Part shown: in pieces, positions 1 through 9,924 of the stretch
Numbering within the stretch: position 1 is the stretch's first letter
Layout of the letters: each line of letters starts with the position of its first letter
NCBI GenBank assembly: GCA_963667015.2
Contig: CAXXJJ010000004.1
Span: forward strand, 2,464,001 to 2,528,000
Direction of reading: 5' to 3'
From: Desulfatiglandales bacterium
GTDB lineage: Bacteria > Desulfobacterota > DSM-4660 > Desulfatiglandales > HGW-15
DNA length: 64,000 nucleotides
Program-made: the position numbers and the translations under genes
Notes under the pieces: model-generated
Seen by the model: the letters and a program-made list of their open reading frames with translations, nothing else
Told to the model about the DNA's origin: nothing
Database searches by the model: none

Positions 1-1
1 T

Positions 2-844
2 TTTTTTTCAGGGTGTGATCAGCTAAACTCATCCCAGAATGCCTCTTCAAAAAATGAGATTAAAGTCGAAAAAGAATCTACTTATGATAGAGTAATAAAA
101 AATGGAAAAATTCGAGTTGGATACGTAAGTGTTCCACCAGGTTGTATAGTTGATCCTGCAACTGGCGAAAAAACCGGTATTACTGTGGATATCCTGAGAG
201 AAATTGCAAAAAATACAGGCCTTGATATTGAATTTACCGAAGAGGTTGGTTGGGGAACAATGATACAAGGGTTGGATGCCGGACGTTATGATATGATTGG
301 TTCAAATACGTGGGCCAATCCTGTGCGAGGTAAATTAGCAACCCTTTCAAAACCAATCTACTACAGTGGTATAGGTATATGGGTTCGATCAGATGATGAA
401 AGGTTTAATGAAAAAGATAGTTGGTCATCAATTAATACCCCTGATACACGCTTAGGTGTTATGGACGGATCAACTGGTGAAGTTATTGCCACAACCCAGT
501 TCCCGAATGCAAAGCATGTAACGTATACGGACCTTACCGGAGAACCACAGCTTTTCCTGGAGTTGACTGCAAACAAAGTAGACATTGTATTTGCTGAGCC
601 CGTACAGGGCTTGGATTATCTTAAAAGTAATCCTGGAAAAATAAAAAACATTGCGGCTGCTTCACCTATTCGAATTTTTGCTAATGTTTATCTAATGCCT
701 AAAAAAGAATTTCAGTTAAAGGGTATGGTTGATGTCGCTCTTGAAAGCCTTCAGAATAGCGGTTTTGTAGACCAGGTTCTTAAAAAATATGAGCCAGGGC
801 CACACGTTTACTACAGAGTCGCCCGGCCATTTAAGGCGGATTAA
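2..844 (+). CDS. Polar amino-acid ABC transporter substrate-binding lipoprotein (5'-truncated by window edge)
   Basis: The frame is open from position 2 (FFSGCDQ... lipobox-like, then YDRVIKNGKIRVGY). It has SBP family 3 motifs (WGTMIQGLDAGRYDMIG, GVMDGST) and lies upstream of a permease and an ATPase. Confidence 0.85.
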   Translation, partial: FFSGCDQLNSSQNASSKNEIKVEKESTYDRVIKNGKIRVGYVSVPPGCIVDPATGEKTGITVDILREIAKNTGLDIEFTEEVGWGTMIQGLDAGRYDMIGSNTWANPVRGKLATLSKPIYYSGIGIWVRSDDERFNEKDSWSSINTPDTRLGVMDGSTGEVIATTQFPNAKHVTYTDLTGEPQLFLELTANKVDIVFAEPVQGLDYLKSNPGKIKNIAAASPIRIFANVYLMPKKEFQLKGMVDVALESLQNSGFVDQVLKKYEPGPHVYYRVARPFKAD

Positions 845-887
845 TAAGTTTTGATATAAATACAAAAGGTTAATTTGGTGAAAAACA

Positions 888-1505
888 ATGAAATCAATAG
901 TTCAAAAATATTTAGCCCAAAAGGTTCTGGAAGATATTAGAGAAGGTCAAAATATTCCGGAAAATCTAATTATAGAGTTTGATAAGTATCCGATTATTGA
1001 TTTTATTAGAGCCGATGTAATAGCTGATGATATTCCCATCATTGTTAATAGGTATATCAACTCAAGTGAAGATGGTTATACAGCATTTGGAATAAGTGCT
1101 CTCAGAGGTCAAAGAGATAGTGAGCCTGTAAAAAAATTACTTTTTGATCTGTGGCATCAAGATGAAGATTTTAACAAAAAATTCAAAACTATGTTCAGGC
1201 TGTTGGATTACGAAGATTTGGATATATCAATACATGAAGATATGTATGATTTTGTTTTATCAAACTGGGATAAGTGGGTGGATGGTGTAATAAAATATTT
1301 TGGCGATGATGAGTTTCTTAGTAAAATTAAAAAGAGAATCAGCAACAAAGATTTTCCGGAAACGAAACTCTGGATTCGTTTATGTCAATGCATGGCTTCA
1401 CCTGATAAACACGAAGTAAAAAAAATACTCGCTCAATATAAAGATTCGACAGCACCACTTGTTCAAAAAGTTGTAAAAGATTTAGAACAAAAATTAAAGG
1501 AATAA
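888..1505 (+). CDS. Hypothetical alpha-helical protein inside the ABC operon
   Basis: 205-aa ORF, co-directional and closely spaced; no motif recognised. Confidence 0.6.
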   Translation: MKSIVQKYLAQKVLEDIREGQNIPENLIIEFDKYPIIDFIRADVIADDIPIIVNRYINSSEDGYTAFGISALRGQRDSEPVKKLLFDLWHQDEDFNKKFKTMFRLLDYEDLDISIHEDMYDFVLSNWDKWVDGVIKYFGDDEFLSKIKKRISNKDFPETKLWIRLCQCMASPDKHEVKKILAQYKDSTAPLVQKVVKDLEQKLKE

Positions 1506-1561
1506 TAAGCCGCCTAATTGGCTTTATAAATATATAATAAAATAATAATTGAGTTAACTCA

Positions 1562-2224
1562 TTGAGTACTATTCAGATTTTTCAACAATATAGCGGCAGC
1601 ATGTTGCGTGGCCTGCAGGTAACGCTTAATCTCTGCCTCATTATATGGTCGTCTGGTATCATATTGGGGACAACCCTGGGCATAGCCGGTGCACGATGGA
1701 AGTTTATTGCCATACCATCGAAGGTATGTTCAATTATTTTGGCAGGTGTTCCCGCGCTGGTATTTTTATTCTGGATGCATTATCCTTTTCAGACGCTCCT
1801 CAATATTGTCATTGATCCCTTTATAACCGCAGCGGTTTCACTCTCAATCATAAATATATTTTTAGTATCTGATCTTGTTAGGGGAATAATAAATGATTTT
1901 CCAACCCAGTATGTATGGGCCGCGAAGGTTTCCGGACTAACCGAAACTGAAATCAATCTTCATATCAAACTTCCCATAATACTCAGGCAGGTAATCCCCA
2001 GTCTCTTACTGATCCAGATAACAATGCTTCAAACTACATTATTCGCGAGTCTTATTTCAGTTGATGAAATATTTCGCATCGCACAGAGAATAAATTCGCT
2101 GGTATATAAACCAGTACCAATATATACCTTGCTTGCTTTATTCTTTATTGGTGTATGTGTGCCTTTGTTTGGGTTGGCCCATTATTTACGTAAGCGGTTC
2201 ACCAGAGATTTATCAGAAAGATAG
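1562..2224 (+). CDS. Amino-acid ABC transporter permease (HisM/GlnP-like)
   Basis: Hydrophobic segments; GLQVTL...; EAA-like loop QYVWAAKVSGL; IKLPIILRQVIP. Confidence 0.85.
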   Translation: MSTIQIFQQYSGSMLRGLQVTLNLCLIIWSSGIILGTTLGIAGARWKFIAIPSKVCSIILAGVPALVFLFWMHYPFQTLLNIVIDPFITAAVSLSIINIFLVSDLVRGIINDFPTQYVWAAKVSGLTETEINLHIKLPIILRQVIPSLLLIQITMLQTTLFASLISVDEIFRIAQRINSLVYKPVPIYTLLALFFIGVCVPLFGLAHYLRKRFTRDLSER

Positions 2225-2235
2225 GCGAAGACGAT

Positions 2236-2982
2236 ATGCATCAATCAGAATCAAATCTGCGGGCTATTAACATAAGTAAATCATACGGGTCATTGCAGGC
2301 CTTAAAAGACGTTAACATTGACATAAATCCCGGCACAATTACAACCCTGATAGGGCCAAGCGGAAGCGGCAAAAGCACACTGTTAAAGGCATTATCATTG
2401 CTTGAGTATCCTGATGAAGGGACCGTGTCATTAAACGGCAATAACTATGTTTTTAAAAATGGTAAAGGAGATGTGACACCTGTACCCTGGCCGGATATTA
2501 CTGTAGTATTTCAGCAACTTTTTTTATGGCCTCATTTAACACTGAAACAGAATATTCTTCTCCCTTTAAAAAAGAGGGGAATAAAGAAAGATGACAAAAC
2601 AGTAAATGAATTAATAGATCAGCTAGAAATGGCAACCTTTGCTGACCGGTATCCAAATGAAGTATCGATAGGTCAACGTCAACTCGCAGCTATTGCCAGA
2701 GCAATTTCTCTTAATCCTAAATTCCTTCTTCTTGATGAAATTACTTCTGCTCTTGATATCGAATATGTAAGTAAAATTTTATCAAAGCTGGATCAATTGA
2801 AGAATGAAGGAATTGGTATTCTATTAATTACACACATTATCGGGTTTGCCAAAAGGAATGCTGATCAGGTTGTTTTTTTAGATGGAGGTAATGTTGTTGA
2901 ATCTGGTGGAGTCGAGATATTAGCTAACCCCAAGAGTGATCGAATGAAAGAATTTTTATCACTCATGATTTCTGCACATTAG
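2236..2982 (+). CDS. Amino-acid ABC transporter ATP-binding protein (GlnQ-like)
   Basis: Walker A GPSGSGKS, signature variant VSIGQRQ, Walker B LLLDEITSALD, H-loop ITH. Confidence 0.92.
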   Translation: MHQSESNLRAINISKSYGSLQALKDVNIDINPGTITTLIGPSGSGKSTLLKALSLLEYPDEGTVSLNGNNYVFKNGKGDVTPVPWPDITVVFQQLFLWPHLTLKQNILLPLKKRGIKKDDKTVNELIDQLEMATFADRYPNEVSIGQRQLAAIARAISLNPKFLLLDEITSALDIEYVSKILSKLDQLKNEGIGILLITHIIGFAKRNADQVVFLDGGNVVESGGVEILANPKSDRMKEFLSLMISAH

Positions 2983-3008
2983 TTTTTCATTATAGGAGAT
3001 CTATTTTT

Positions 3009-5177
3009 GTGTGTAAATCTAGTGAAATAAATAACACCCAAAATGATTTTGAAAGCAAATACTTGGAGTGGAGTTTGTACCTCCAAAGAGGCAGAAATGA
3101 ATGTATAAAAATATTAGATAGGGCCTTTTTAAAGAAGGAGGATTCAAAAAAGTTTTCGAAAAAAGAATTTTCACACCTTCTTTCAGTAATTATTAAAAAA
3201 GCTGGGACATATTTAGGATACTTTTTATATAATATATGGGACTATGAAGGAATACCCCGTAAAAATCGATGTTTTTATATATGGCCAGGATATTATAGTT
3301 ATTCCCCTTATCAGGGTAGACGAACTGATGCTGCGGACCAAGAAGACGATATTGATGCTTTAAACACCAAAAAACTAAGCAAACTAAGAAATAAAATAAT
3401 TCAATCATCAAAAAACCATGGTTTTGGGATGTATTGGAAAACTAGTAGATTCAATGACGGTGAGAATATTTTTGTCTTTCCATTATCTATCTGGTTTTTC
3501 TTGTTTTATGGGAAAAAAATTGGGGATAATGAGGTATATGGTTTTACAAAATGGTTTAAAGATAATGGGCCTTTGTATGTAAAGAATAATAATAGAACAA
3601 TATTCCCTTTATCTACAATTGAGATAACAACAGATAAAAAAAGAAAAAAAGATAAGTATTTTTTTCATAAAGGGTTCCTCTCTATTTATCTTCAAAAACA
3701 AAAAGGTACTAATGCAGTAAATTTATTAGATGATTTTAAAAAGTCTCTTAATGAAATAACTTTCTATAAAATAAAAGATAATAAGAAAGAGGCTATTCAT
3801 AAAATTAGTTATACTCGCTATAAAGCTGAGGAATACCCTTCTTATAGTATCGTACCTGAAGATAATGAGCATGTTAAAAAAGCTTTGATTTCAGCTTTTT
3901 CATTCCTATGGCATTCAATATTTTATGGGCATACTGGCAATATAAACTACAAGATTAAAGAGGGAAAAGAGACACAAGATGAAATAGTAAACGAAAGTAT
4001 AATATCCATTAATAATGAAGTTAAAAATGCTGTAAAATTGTTTGAACTTTTTCAAAAGAACAATAGGTATAAAAATATTCATTTTGAAAATTATTATGTA
4101 TTTCCAATTAATACTGGATTTTCTATCAAAAACAGTGAAATTGAAATAAATGATTTTCTTGGCACTATGAATTTGTACACTATGCATGCAATTAAACCAA
4201 TCTACCTTAACATGATCAAAAAGTTTCTTGATTCAATCTATGATCAGGTTCGCCTAATTGATGTGACTATTAGTGTTGAAAAAAGTGGGATAAAAAAAGG
4301 GCAAAGTACTTCGAGCGGAGCATTTGCACATGAAATAAAACATGTCGCAGAGGCTATGTTAGAAAATTGGTGTTTAAGTCTTGAAGACCTTTTTGATATT
4401 AAATTTACTACTAAGATGACTGATGGATTAGATAAAATAGGATATTTAGAACTTTATAATAAAGATATTGATAATTTTGGAATTTTTCCAATTAAAAGTA
4501 TGCTTCAAAACACATCAAACTTGATAAAGTTATGGTGTCTAAGAACCGATAATGAAGATCTACCTTTTGATGAACGACCTGAAAACTTTAAAGAATTTAT
4601 TCAATGTACTTTTAAAAGTACAATCGAATTCCTTATTATACACCTTGTCAGTCATCATGATCCTAATAATTACACAAAAATATTAGAGACTGAAAACATT
4701 ATCAAGATACTGCGCGAAGTATTACAGTCAATTGATTTAAGGATTAATGATAATGATGAAAAAATAGATTGGAGTAAGAATTCGCAAATGGTTTGGGTGG
4801 GAAGGGTATTCACGTCCTCTTTTATGAATTTTTTTATTCATGGTGATATATCAGAGGGGCTTGATGTCGATCTTTCTAGCACTCTTAAGGAAAACAATAT
4901 CTCTTTGTATGAATGTAGGCTGAAGGATAAGCCTAAGTCTGATTCTACTAACATAAAGCAATGGCTATTAAAAAATTATAATAATACTGAATTAGATATT
5001 ATAATGAAATATTTAGATAAGATAAATACTAGAGTAGAAACTGCATATTCTGAAAATTTTACAGGTAGAGAAGTCATGGAGTTATGTTTGACGAAATTGA
5101 ATGGGAATATAGATGAATATTGGATACATAATAGTGACTATACTATTAGTATTTTTAAATTTCACTTTCAATATTAA
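3009..5177 (+). CDS. Large hypothetical protein with a degenerate histidine-kinase-like C-terminus
   Basis: H-box-like AFAHEIKH and N-box-like SFMNFFIHG; G-boxes not clearly recognisable. Confidence 0.5.
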   Translation: MCKSSEINNTQNDFESKYLEWSLYLQRGRNECIKILDRAFLKKEDSKKFSKKEFSHLLSVIIKKAGTYLGYFLYNIWDYEGIPRKNRCFYIWPGYYSYSPYQGRRTDAADQEDDIDALNTKKLSKLRNKIIQSSKNHGFGMYWKTSRFNDGENIFVFPLSIWFFLFYGKKIGDNEVYGFTKWFKDNGPLYVKNNNRTIFPLSTIEITTDKKRKKDKYFFHKGFLSIYLQKQKGTNAVNLLDDFKKSLNEITFYKIKDNKKEAIHKISYTRYKAEEYPSYSIVPEDNEHVKKALISAFSFLWHSIFYGHTGNINYKIKEGKETQDEIVNESIISINNEVKNAVKLFELFQKNNRYKNIHFENYYVFPINTGFSIKNSEIEINDFLGTMNLYTMHAIKPIYLNMIKKFLDSIYDQVRLIDVTISVEKSGIKKGQSTSSGAFAHEIKHVAEAMLENWCLSLEDLFDIKFTTKMTDGLDKIGYLELYNKDIDNFGIFPIKSMLQNTSNLIKLWCLRTDNEDLPFDERPENFKEFIQCTFKSTIEFLIIHLVSHHDPNNYTKILETENIIKILREVLQSIDLRINDNDEKIDWSKNSQMVWVGRVFTSSFMNFFIHGDISEGLDVDLSSTLKENNISLYECRLKDKPKSDSTNIKQWLLKNYNNTELDIIMKYLDKINTRVETAYSENFTGREVMELCLTKLNGNIDEYWIHNSDYTISIFKFHFQY

Positions 5178-5199
5178 TAGATACTGATCGGAGGATAGA

Positions 5200-6519
5200 G
5201 TGGACTTCGCTCTTGTTGAAGATAGACAAAAAGCTCATAATAATTTAAATGAATTTTTAAAAAACAACACGATAGACCTTAGGTATAATACTGATTTATC
5301 CAAACCAATAGGTAGTGTTGACGATTTGAAAGATTTAATAAAAAAAATAAAAATATTTCGAGGTGGTTTAGTTGCATTAGTTGATCTTGGATTAGATACG
5401 TCAGACAAAATTTATAAACCGTTCAGAGAAGAATACCAAATTCCGTATGTTTTTGATGAGGAGCGTATTGACGATACTAGGGTTGAAGGTATTGGTGTAA
5501 CTTTAGAAATCATTAAAAATAAGAACATATCGCCTGCAGTCATACTAATTGCATCAGCAGGGCCTAACATTGATACTGTATATGATTTTATAATAAGCAA
5601 AATACCAGATGATAGAAAAAAAAATATAAAAGTCTATCGTGCTAAATATGCCGTTACTGCTAGGTATGATAGGGCTGAAGAAACAATTAAACAAGCTATT
5701 GAACTATACCATCGAGAATTTGGAGATGAAATTAATTTTTTTCTAAATCCTCCTCAACTGGAATTAAGTAATGCTTATACCGCTTGGTTCGTTGGTGAGT
5801 ACCATGATGAAAAATCTGAAGCTTTTAAAATCCAATATGACGCAATCAATAATCGATTTCCCAATGTAGAAACACCTCAATGTGCCAAGGCATTATTTAA
5901 TTGCAATTATATTGATAAAGATAAAAAAAGTAGATGTAAAGCTAATTTAAGTATTACAAAAAAAGGATATAAAGTTTCTCCTGATGCATTAAAAGACTTT
6001 TTGTCACCAATGAATATTGAAATTGATGAGGATATATCTCTTCCGGTTGAGCCTGGTTTACCGTTTATTATTGCTGTAAAAAAATTTATTAACGCTCTAA
6101 ATCATGATTCGGCACCAATTGCTACACTTAGAAAAGAGACAGTAACGTTAATAAAGGGAAAGAAAGATATAATTGTACTTGGTGTAGAATCCAACTGGTC
6201 AAAATATGAGTTGATGGAAAATTTTTTAATTACAACCGCAATGGAAACTAATAAAATTGTTTTTAAGGAATTAAATATAATAAACAATGATTTATTTAAT
6301 CAGATTAAAAATATTAATTTTTTTAAGTTACCAAATATTTTTAATGATCAAAGAATTAGAGGCGGAATAGCCGCAGACGCTTTATTCAAAGCCTGTTTTT
6401 CTCAAATATATTTTGATTTTCAAAGTGATAAAAGTGCTCCCTGTCAGTTATTACAAGGAACAAATAGAATAATAGCATTCCCATATATAACAGATAATTT
6501 TATTGGTGTTACTTGGTAA
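5200..6519 (+). CDS. Hypothetical protein with a divergent N-terminal receiver-like domain
   Basis: FALVED (beta1 acidic pair), ALVDLGL (phospho-Asp-like), VILIAS (beta4). Confidence 0.5.
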   Translation: MDFALVEDRQKAHNNLNEFLKNNTIDLRYNTDLSKPIGSVDDLKDLIKKIKIFRGGLVALVDLGLDTSDKIYKPFREEYQIPYVFDEERIDDTRVEGIGVTLEIIKNKNISPAVILIASAGPNIDTVYDFIISKIPDDRKKNIKVYRAKYAVTARYDRAEETIKQAIELYHREFGDEINFFLNPPQLELSNAYTAWFVGEYHDEKSEAFKIQYDAINNRFPNVETPQCAKALFNCNYIDKDKKSRCKANLSITKKGYKVSPDALKDFLSPMNIEIDEDISLPVEPGLPFIIAVKKFINALNHDSAPIATLRKETVTLIKGKKDIIVLGVESNWSKYELMENFLITTAMETNKIVFKELNIINNDLFNQIKNINFFKLPNIFNDQRIRGGIAADALFKACFSQIYFDFQSDKSAPCQLLQGTNRIIAFPYITDNFIGVTW

Positions 6520-6548
6520 AATAAATTCAATTTTTTAGGTATCAAATA

Positions 6549-7496
6549 ATGAGGAATTATAGAGTATTGTATTATAATCAGAACGAAAATAATGTTCCAA
6601 TTGTTAATACAATTGAAAGTATTTTTGATAAAGTTGATGACTATACAAATATTGTTGGAAAGGACCCTGAGGATATATATAGATGGTTAAAAGAATATGA
6701 TTTTGCAATTTTTCATGGGATGCCAAAAATCAATAAAGATAATCGTTCCTATAATGGTAAGTTACCCTATATCGATTGGTATGAACAATTATCGGATACT
6801 AATAAAGATTCAACTAAAGGATTAATTGTACTATTTATAACTTCTGGAATAAATAACCGTAAACAAATAAAAGTTAATTTCAAAGGAGGCGTACGTTATT
6901 TATTACCAATAAAAAATGCTAATAATAGCGGTTTAATAGGAGTAGAACAAGAAGATAACTGGAAACGGTTTCTTCAAATTCTCAGTGATTCAAATATTTT
7001 AAACGCGTATTTTCAAGGCATTACTGATAAAGATGGCGTTGATGAATTGAAAATATATTTAGAGGATAAAAAGCCGGCTGTATTTCTAACATCGTTGACT
7101 ATTCTTTTTCAAATGTTCCTTGCTGCCCACACGCCACCAGCTAAAAATGATTGCAAAGTTTCTGAGGTGTTATCTGAAATCGGATGGTGGGCGTTTTGTA
7201 GGCAACAGGCGAATAGTGACCTTTTAAGGAAAGTTCAAAGTAAACGTGTGTTAACCGAATCATCTGATTGGTACGAGCCACTTAGAAAGCATTATAAAAT
7301 AGAAAAATTTATTAAAAAAATTGATGCAGAAATCGATATGATACCAGATAATATTAAATCCAGTATTAATACTGAAGCATTTAAAGTAAGAATGAAGAAT
7401 TTAATAACAAACATTTTTAAAAATACTAATCTTGATACAGATTCTCATATTGAATCAATTGCAGATATATATACTGATTTGAAGAAATTTGTGTAA
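6549..7496 (+). CDS. Hypothetical protein, possibly an inactive receiver-like alpha/beta domain
   Basis: 315-aa ORF in the operon; the pattern YRVLYY...YDFAIFH...VLFITSG resembles receiver strands but lacks the phospho-Asp. Confidence 0.45.
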   Translation: MRNYRVLYYNQNENNVPIVNTIESIFDKVDDYTNIVGKDPEDIYRWLKEYDFAIFHGMPKINKDNRSYNGKLPYIDWYEQLSDTNKDSTKGLIVLFITSGINNRKQIKVNFKGGVRYLLPIKNANNSGLIGVEQEDNWKRFLQILSDSNILNAYFQGITDKDGVDELKIYLEDKKPAVFLTSLTILFQMFLAAHTPPAKNDCKVSEVLSEIGWWAFCRQQANSDLLRKVQSKRVLTESSDWYEPLRKHYKIEKFIKKIDAEIDMIPDNIKSSINTEAFKVRMKNLITNIFKNTNLDTDSHIESIADIYTDLKKFV

Positions 7497-7530
7497 TGAT
7501 TCCTTATGTTTTTTATTATTGGGTGTGTAA

Positions 7531-8061
7531 ATGAATACTTGGCAAAAACGTCGAATTGAATTTAATCATGATTGGATGAAAAATAAATATCTAATCAGCA
7601 TGGATGCTTTTATTGTTCGTATGCATGACCTTAAAGAATCATCCGGAGTGAGCGAGCGTTTGGAGGAATTTATTAATAACCGTTTCTTCGAATGGGATAA
7701 TCATAAAAAGGATGCGGAATGGCTTATTGAAAATTATGAACATCAGATGTCTCCTAAGGTGTGCTTGAATTCTGATATTTTAAAGTACTACTCTGAGGAA
7801 GATAAGGAGTGGATGGGAGAACTGATTCATAAATTATGGTTGATAAGAAATCCTGTTGATGAATGGATTGATGATAGTAATGAAGCCTTTAATAAAGTGG
7901 AAAAATTATTCCAGGATATAAAGGCTCAGTTAAGTCGGCATAAACAACATAATGCTAAGTATCTCTTGTCCATGAAAGCTGTCTTTGAGAATTTCTGTGA
8001 AGCCTGTATAAATTTCTCAGAAACAATTAGTCAATTTCCTAACAAATATTTAGTGGCATGA
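7531..8061 (+). CDS. Hypothetical helical protein with an H-box-like motif
   Basis: RIEFNHDWMKN near the N-terminus; the stop overlaps the next ATG (ATGA). Confidence 0.5.
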   Translation: MNTWQKRRIEFNHDWMKNKYLISMDAFIVRMHDLKESSGVSERLEEFINNRFFEWDNHKKDAEWLIENYEHQMSPKVCLNSDILKYYSEEDKEWMGELIHKLWLIRNPVDEWIDDSNEAFNKVEKLFQDIKAQLSRHKQHNAKYLLSMKAVFENFCEACINFSETISQFPNKYLVA

Positions 8062-9869
8062 AACAATTACCAAGAATATTGATTATAGATGATGATTACG
8101 GGCATATGCGAGGTGGAAAGAATCCCATCCGTGATGATTTCTGTTATCCAAGACGCCTTAGAGATATAACCGGTGACAGACCACTCAAGGAAGTGGAGGA
8201 AGTACCTGAACCTATTGCAGAGGTTTATTTTACAAGTGGACAAAAAGTAGAGAATGGTGAATTAAAGAACGATCTTGAGGGAACAATTGAGGTTGTTAAA
8301 AATGGCTGGCTCAAATGGCCGCGTTGGTCATTAATACTTTTGGATCTTCGCTTTATTACCGGTAGATTAAATGAGGATGGGCAACCCAAAGGAGGTAAGT
8401 TTGATGATAACCCGGAAGAATATTTTGGCTTAAAAATATTTGAGCAAATAGCTAATGATAGTATTTTATGTGATATCCCGGTCATCATTTTGTCATCTAT
8501 GGACAGAGCTGATGTAGAAAAAAAGTTTTCAGATTGCGGGGCCAGACACTTTGTTGATAAAAATGCTCTTAATATTGAAACAATCAAGGATTCTTTACAT
8601 ACAATTGGCTTGTTAGAAGATGATGTGATTATCGGACGTTCTGTCCCTTTGTTAAAATGCCTTAGAGAAGCAAGAAAACGTGCAGAGTTTGGGAATGATA
8701 ATATTTTAGTCTTTGGAGAAACAGGTACAGGTAAGGAGTTATTGGCAAAATATCTCCATAAAAATTCACCATATAAAAATAATAACTTCATAAAATTGAA
8801 TACCCAGGGCGTTCCGGAAACATTGATCGAAGATAAATTATTCGGTCATAATAAAGGCGCTTATAACGGTGCGATATCAACTGAGGCTGGAGCTGCTGAA
8901 TTAGCTAATAAAAGCACTCTTTTTATTGATGAATTCGGTGATGTTCCTTCTCATGTACAATCAAAGCTTATCGATCTGCTAGATAAAAATACAAGAACTA
9001 TACAAAGGCTGGGAAGTAACGAAAATAAAAAGCTTAACCTCCAGATTGTAATGGCTACAAATCGTATTGATATCATTAATTCGGGAGATTTTCGTGCTGA
9101 CATTCTCTCAAGAGCTAAAGTCTCGAAACCTATTATCCTTCCTCCATTGAGAGAAAGAACTGAAGATATACCTATTTTAGCAAATTATTTTTTGAGGAAA
9201 TATGAGACCAGCATACCTGGTGCAGAGAAGAGAGTTATTGATAAAGAGGCCATGGATGTTTTAATGAAATATGACTGGCCTGATAATATACGCGGTCTTG
9301 AAAATGTTATTGAACAGGCAGTCAGCGACTACAAAGGCTTAAGGATATTAACAAAGAATCATATTCGCTTAGGGATAAAAACTCCAACTATCTCAGATGC
9401 CCTAGATGTAACAGACTCAAAACCTCAAAAAAAACTTACTCCAAAATCCGAAATTGCAACTGTTGATGAACTAATTGCCTTAATCAATGAATTTGAGTTT
9501 GATCATACAACCCCTGAACAATGGCAGTGGAAAGGTGAAAAATTAAGAGAAGCATTTATTCATCTTATGGAACGGTATCTTCGTGCCGGGTTAGATGCAA
9601 CCAGGAAAATAAGCTTTGAAATTCCGGATGGTGAAATTCAGCATACACCAGCTATTAACTTTATATTAGGTCCCAAAAGAGGAAAAGGAGGTAAATATTC
9701 TTCAACAGAAGCATATGCTCAAATACTAAGAATGTTATTACCACCATGTACAAAAAATGATATTAAACCAATGATAACTGATCCGGTTGTAAAAGAAATA
9801 TATCCTAAAGCGGAAGAGAACAGATCTACACCAAAAAAATCTCCATTTAAAAAACGTACTAAAAAATAA
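8058..9869 (+). CDS. Sigma54-interaction (NtrC-like) regulator: receiver + AAA+ domain, with GAFTGA variant GAYNGA
   Basis: ILIIDDD and LILLDLRF receiver motifs; Walker A GETGTGKE; LFGHNKGAYNGA; Walker B LFIDEF; PPLRERTEDI; YDWPDNIRGLENVI. Confidence 0.85.
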   Translation: MKQLPRILIIDDDYGHMRGGKNPIRDDFCYPRRLRDITGDRPLKEVEEVPEPIAEVYFTSGQKVENGELKNDLEGTIEVVKNGWLKWPRWSLILLDLRFITGRLNEDGQPKGGKFDDNPEEYFGLKIFEQIANDSILCDIPVIILSSMDRADVEKKFSDCGARHFVDKNALNIETIKDSLHTIGLLEDDVIIGRSVPLLKCLREARKRAEFGNDNILVFGETGTGKELLAKYLHKNSPYKNNNFIKLNTQGVPETLIEDKLFGHNKGAYNGAISTEAGAAELANKSTLFIDEFGDVPSHVQSKLIDLLDKNTRTIQRLGSNENKKLNLQIVMATNRIDIINSGDFRADILSRAKVSKPIILPPLRERTEDIPILANYFLRKYETSIPGAEKRVIDKEAMDVLMKYDWPDNIRGLENVIEQAVSDYKGLRILTKNHIRLGIKTPTISDALDVTDSKPQKKLTPKSEIATVDELIALINEFEFDHTTPEQWQWKGEKLREAFIHLMERYLRAGLDATRKISFEIPDGEIQHTPAINFILGPKRGKGGKYSSTEAYAQILRMLLPPCTKNDIKPMITDPVVKEIYPKAEENRSTPKKSPFKKRTKK

Positions 9870-9924
9870 AAATCATAAAACACAGAAGACAGTACTGTGC
9901 TCAGCCTGATGAAAGCAATAGAAT

